A DNA stretch of 30,235 nucleotides from Myxococcota bacterium (lineage in GTDB: Bacteria > Myxococcota_A > SURF-8 > G963663525): positions 1-30,235 of the forward strand of contig CAXXVK010000008.1 of NCBI GenBank assembly GCA_963676915.2, in the 5' to 3' direction. Positions 28,570 through 30,235 of the stretch are shown piece by piece. Position 1 is the stretch's first letter. Every line of letters starts with the position of its first letter. The notes under the pieces are model-generated. The model was not told where the DNA came from, did not search any database, and saw only the letters and a list, made by a program, of their open reading frames with translations. A program made the position numbers and the translations under genes.

Positions 28570-28876
28570 AATAACTCCTGTAAAAAATAATTTGGAGCGA
28601 CTGCAATTAGTTCGCCTTTTTCTTAAGGACTGCACGGTGGAATGTCGAATTAATTTTCGTTAATTTAGGATATTGAAAAGATAAAAATAGCCGTGAAAAA
28701 GCAGAGAATAACTAGTGCTTATAATGAGTTAAGAAAAACTTCCACAAAGTCGATTGAAACGGAGCTAAACAAATTTTAACAATTCTTCCATGTGCAAAAC
28801 AGGAGGTGGAAAAAGTCTCTTTGTTGTGGGGAATTTTCTTTCGAAAATTCTTGCATCGATGAGAATAATTTGCGCG

Positions 28877-28913
28877 AAAAAGCCCCCTTTGAACATTCCC
28901 ATTCAAAGGGGGC
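28877..28913 (-). terminator. Rho-independent terminator after the surface-protein gene
   Basis: Minus strand GCCCCCTTTGAA-N8-TTCAAAGGGGGC-TTTTT, perfect 12-bp stem about 55 nt after the stop at 28967. Confidence 0.85.
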
Positions 28914-28966
28914 GAATCATGTTTCGATGGCAGTGTAAAACTGCCACTCCATTTATTGTCGGTCAA

Positions 28967-30235
28967 TTACCGCTCGAAATCTCTCCGACGACGACCAAAG
29001 CTCCATACAAAAAAGGCAACAATCAGCCAGGATGTCATACCGAAAGGAGCTTGCTGGCACGATCCACCGGAATCGCTTGAGGTCTTGCTCTCGTCTTCGT
29101 TAACATCTTCCGATTCATCGTTGGCTGGTCCGGCCTCGCCGATTTCATCCATATCCCCATCGACAGGATCGCTTTCCAGTTCGTCTTCCGTTCCATCGGA
29201 GCTTTCAACCATTGCCTCGTCAGGTTCAGACTCGCCGACTTCGTCCAAATCTCCATCTACGACTTCGGAGATTTCATCGTCACCTTCGATTTCTTCTTCA
29301 GTCAATTCCTCGTCTGCATCGAAGCCTTCCATCTCGGTTTCCGTTTCTGCTTCGATCTCAACTTCAATTTCTGTTTCAATTTCGTCTTCGATTTCATCGA
29401 GGTCGCCGTCCACATTTGGTAAGCAATCCGGGAAACGGGGATCGTCCCAGACGAGGCAGCGTTCGCAATCGCCGCGTGCCCATTCTGATTCGGTGTCATA
29501 GTTGGGAAAATGGCTGAAACCGAACATGTCTTCACTGGCGTATGTATTGCCGTATTCTCTGTTCTCGAAGAACGTCGGTTCGGCGACTTCCTCCCACATT
29601 TCGTTGATCCACTTGCCGTTCTCGCCCTCCGGCGGGAGAACGTTATCCCAGCAGCTTTGCGGAGTACCGGTGTAGAATTCTCCGGTTGCTCCGGCGGTTC
29701 CTACCTGGGCCTCGAACATGGCCACTTCGCCTTGTAGAAAATCGGTTTTCATATAAATGGCGATCGGACCAAAAGCGTTGCCCCCATTTCCCGGAGCGAG
29801 AGGCGTACCGGGACATTCTATGGTGTCATCCGGTGCAGTACCGCTACCACCGCTTCGTCCGGCTGCGCCACCATTGCCACCGTTGCCCGATCCCACGGTG
29901 AGGCTCCCGAGGAACAGGGTTTCGTCCGCGTAAAAGGATGAGGTAAGCGGTCGTCCGGAAGATCCTCCTTCGCCACCGGCTCCACCATAACCTCCGACTC
30001 CTTGTTGATAATGTCCGCAATTGGGAGGTTCGGGAAAGAACGAACTACCGCCGTGACCGCCGTTGCCGCCATCGCCACCTTTACCGCCATCGCCGCTTTT
30101 AATCGTGAAGGTTTGCTCGAAATTGACGTTTTCCATGCTTCGAAATTCGATAATGCCACTGGTGCCACCTTGACCACCGTAGCCACCGGCACCTCCATGT
30201 CCACCGGAAGCGATGATACAGCTTGTCCGGTCGCT
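28967..30235 (-). CDS. Partial (5' end outside window) Gly-rich surface protein with acidic Asp/Glu linker and MYXO-CTERM-like sorting tail
   Basis: Frame is open from the window edge; GGxGGxGG repeats; DGDLDE/DGDMDE acidic linker; C-terminal SGGSC-hydrophobic segment-RRRR. Confidence 0.8.
   Translation of the reverse strand, partial: SDRTSCIIASGGHGGAGGYGGQGGTSGIIEFRSMENVNFEQTFTIKSGDGGKGGDGGNGGHGGSSFFPEPPNCGHYQQGVGGYGGAGGEGGSSGRPLTSSFYADETLFLGSLTVGSGNGGNGGAAGRSGGSGTAPDDTIECPGTPLAPGNGGNAFGPIAIYMKTDFLQGEVAMFEAQVGTAGATGEFYTGTPQSCWDNVLPPEGENGKWINEMWEEVAEPTFFENREYGNTYASEDMFGFSHFPNYDTESEWARGDCERCLVWDDPRFPDCLPNVDGDLDEIEDEIETEIEVEIEAETETEMEGFDADEELTEEEIEGDDEISEVVDGDLDEVGESEPDEAMVESSDGTEDELESDPVDGDMDEIGEAGPANDESEDVNEDESKTSSDSGGSCQQAPFGMTSWLIVAFFVWSFGRRRRDFER

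Noticed and set aside
28570-28870. Cobalamin riboswitch upstream of the TonB receptor/cobN operon
   Set aside because: No recognisable B12-box or conserved core by eye; the region is AT-rich. An Infernal search would be needed to exclude it fully.

Overview
Bacterial DNA, most likely from an anaerobic deltaproteobacterial (Myxococcota/Desulfobacterota-like) genome. The centre is a ~12.2 kb minus-strand respiratory operon (17006->4808): hmcA (16-heme)-hmcB-hmcC-hmcD, a 19-CxxCH class III multiheme cytochrome, then rnfC-D-G-E-A-B. hmcE/hmcF are absent from this operon and the Rnf looks remodelled. RnfC has lost the canonical FMN/NADH-site motifs, RnfD lacks the loop carrying the FMNylated threonine, and RnfB is fused to a complete GltD/NfnB-type FAD/NADP(H) oxidoreductase. 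To the left are a PhaR-type regulator, a PaaK/CapK-family CoA ligase and an MMPL/RND transporter, all broken by indels that are probably sequencing errors. To the right are an NAD-dependent epimerase, an ankyrin protein, a lipoprotein of six Cys-rich repeats, a TonB receptor-CobN-like (exported)-MotA/ExbB-DUF2149 metal/tetrapyrrole operon, and the 3' part of a Gly-rich surface protein with a MYXO-CTERM-like tail. No rRNA, tRNA, CRISPR array or transposase gene was seen. All family assignments are from motif recognition, not database searches.
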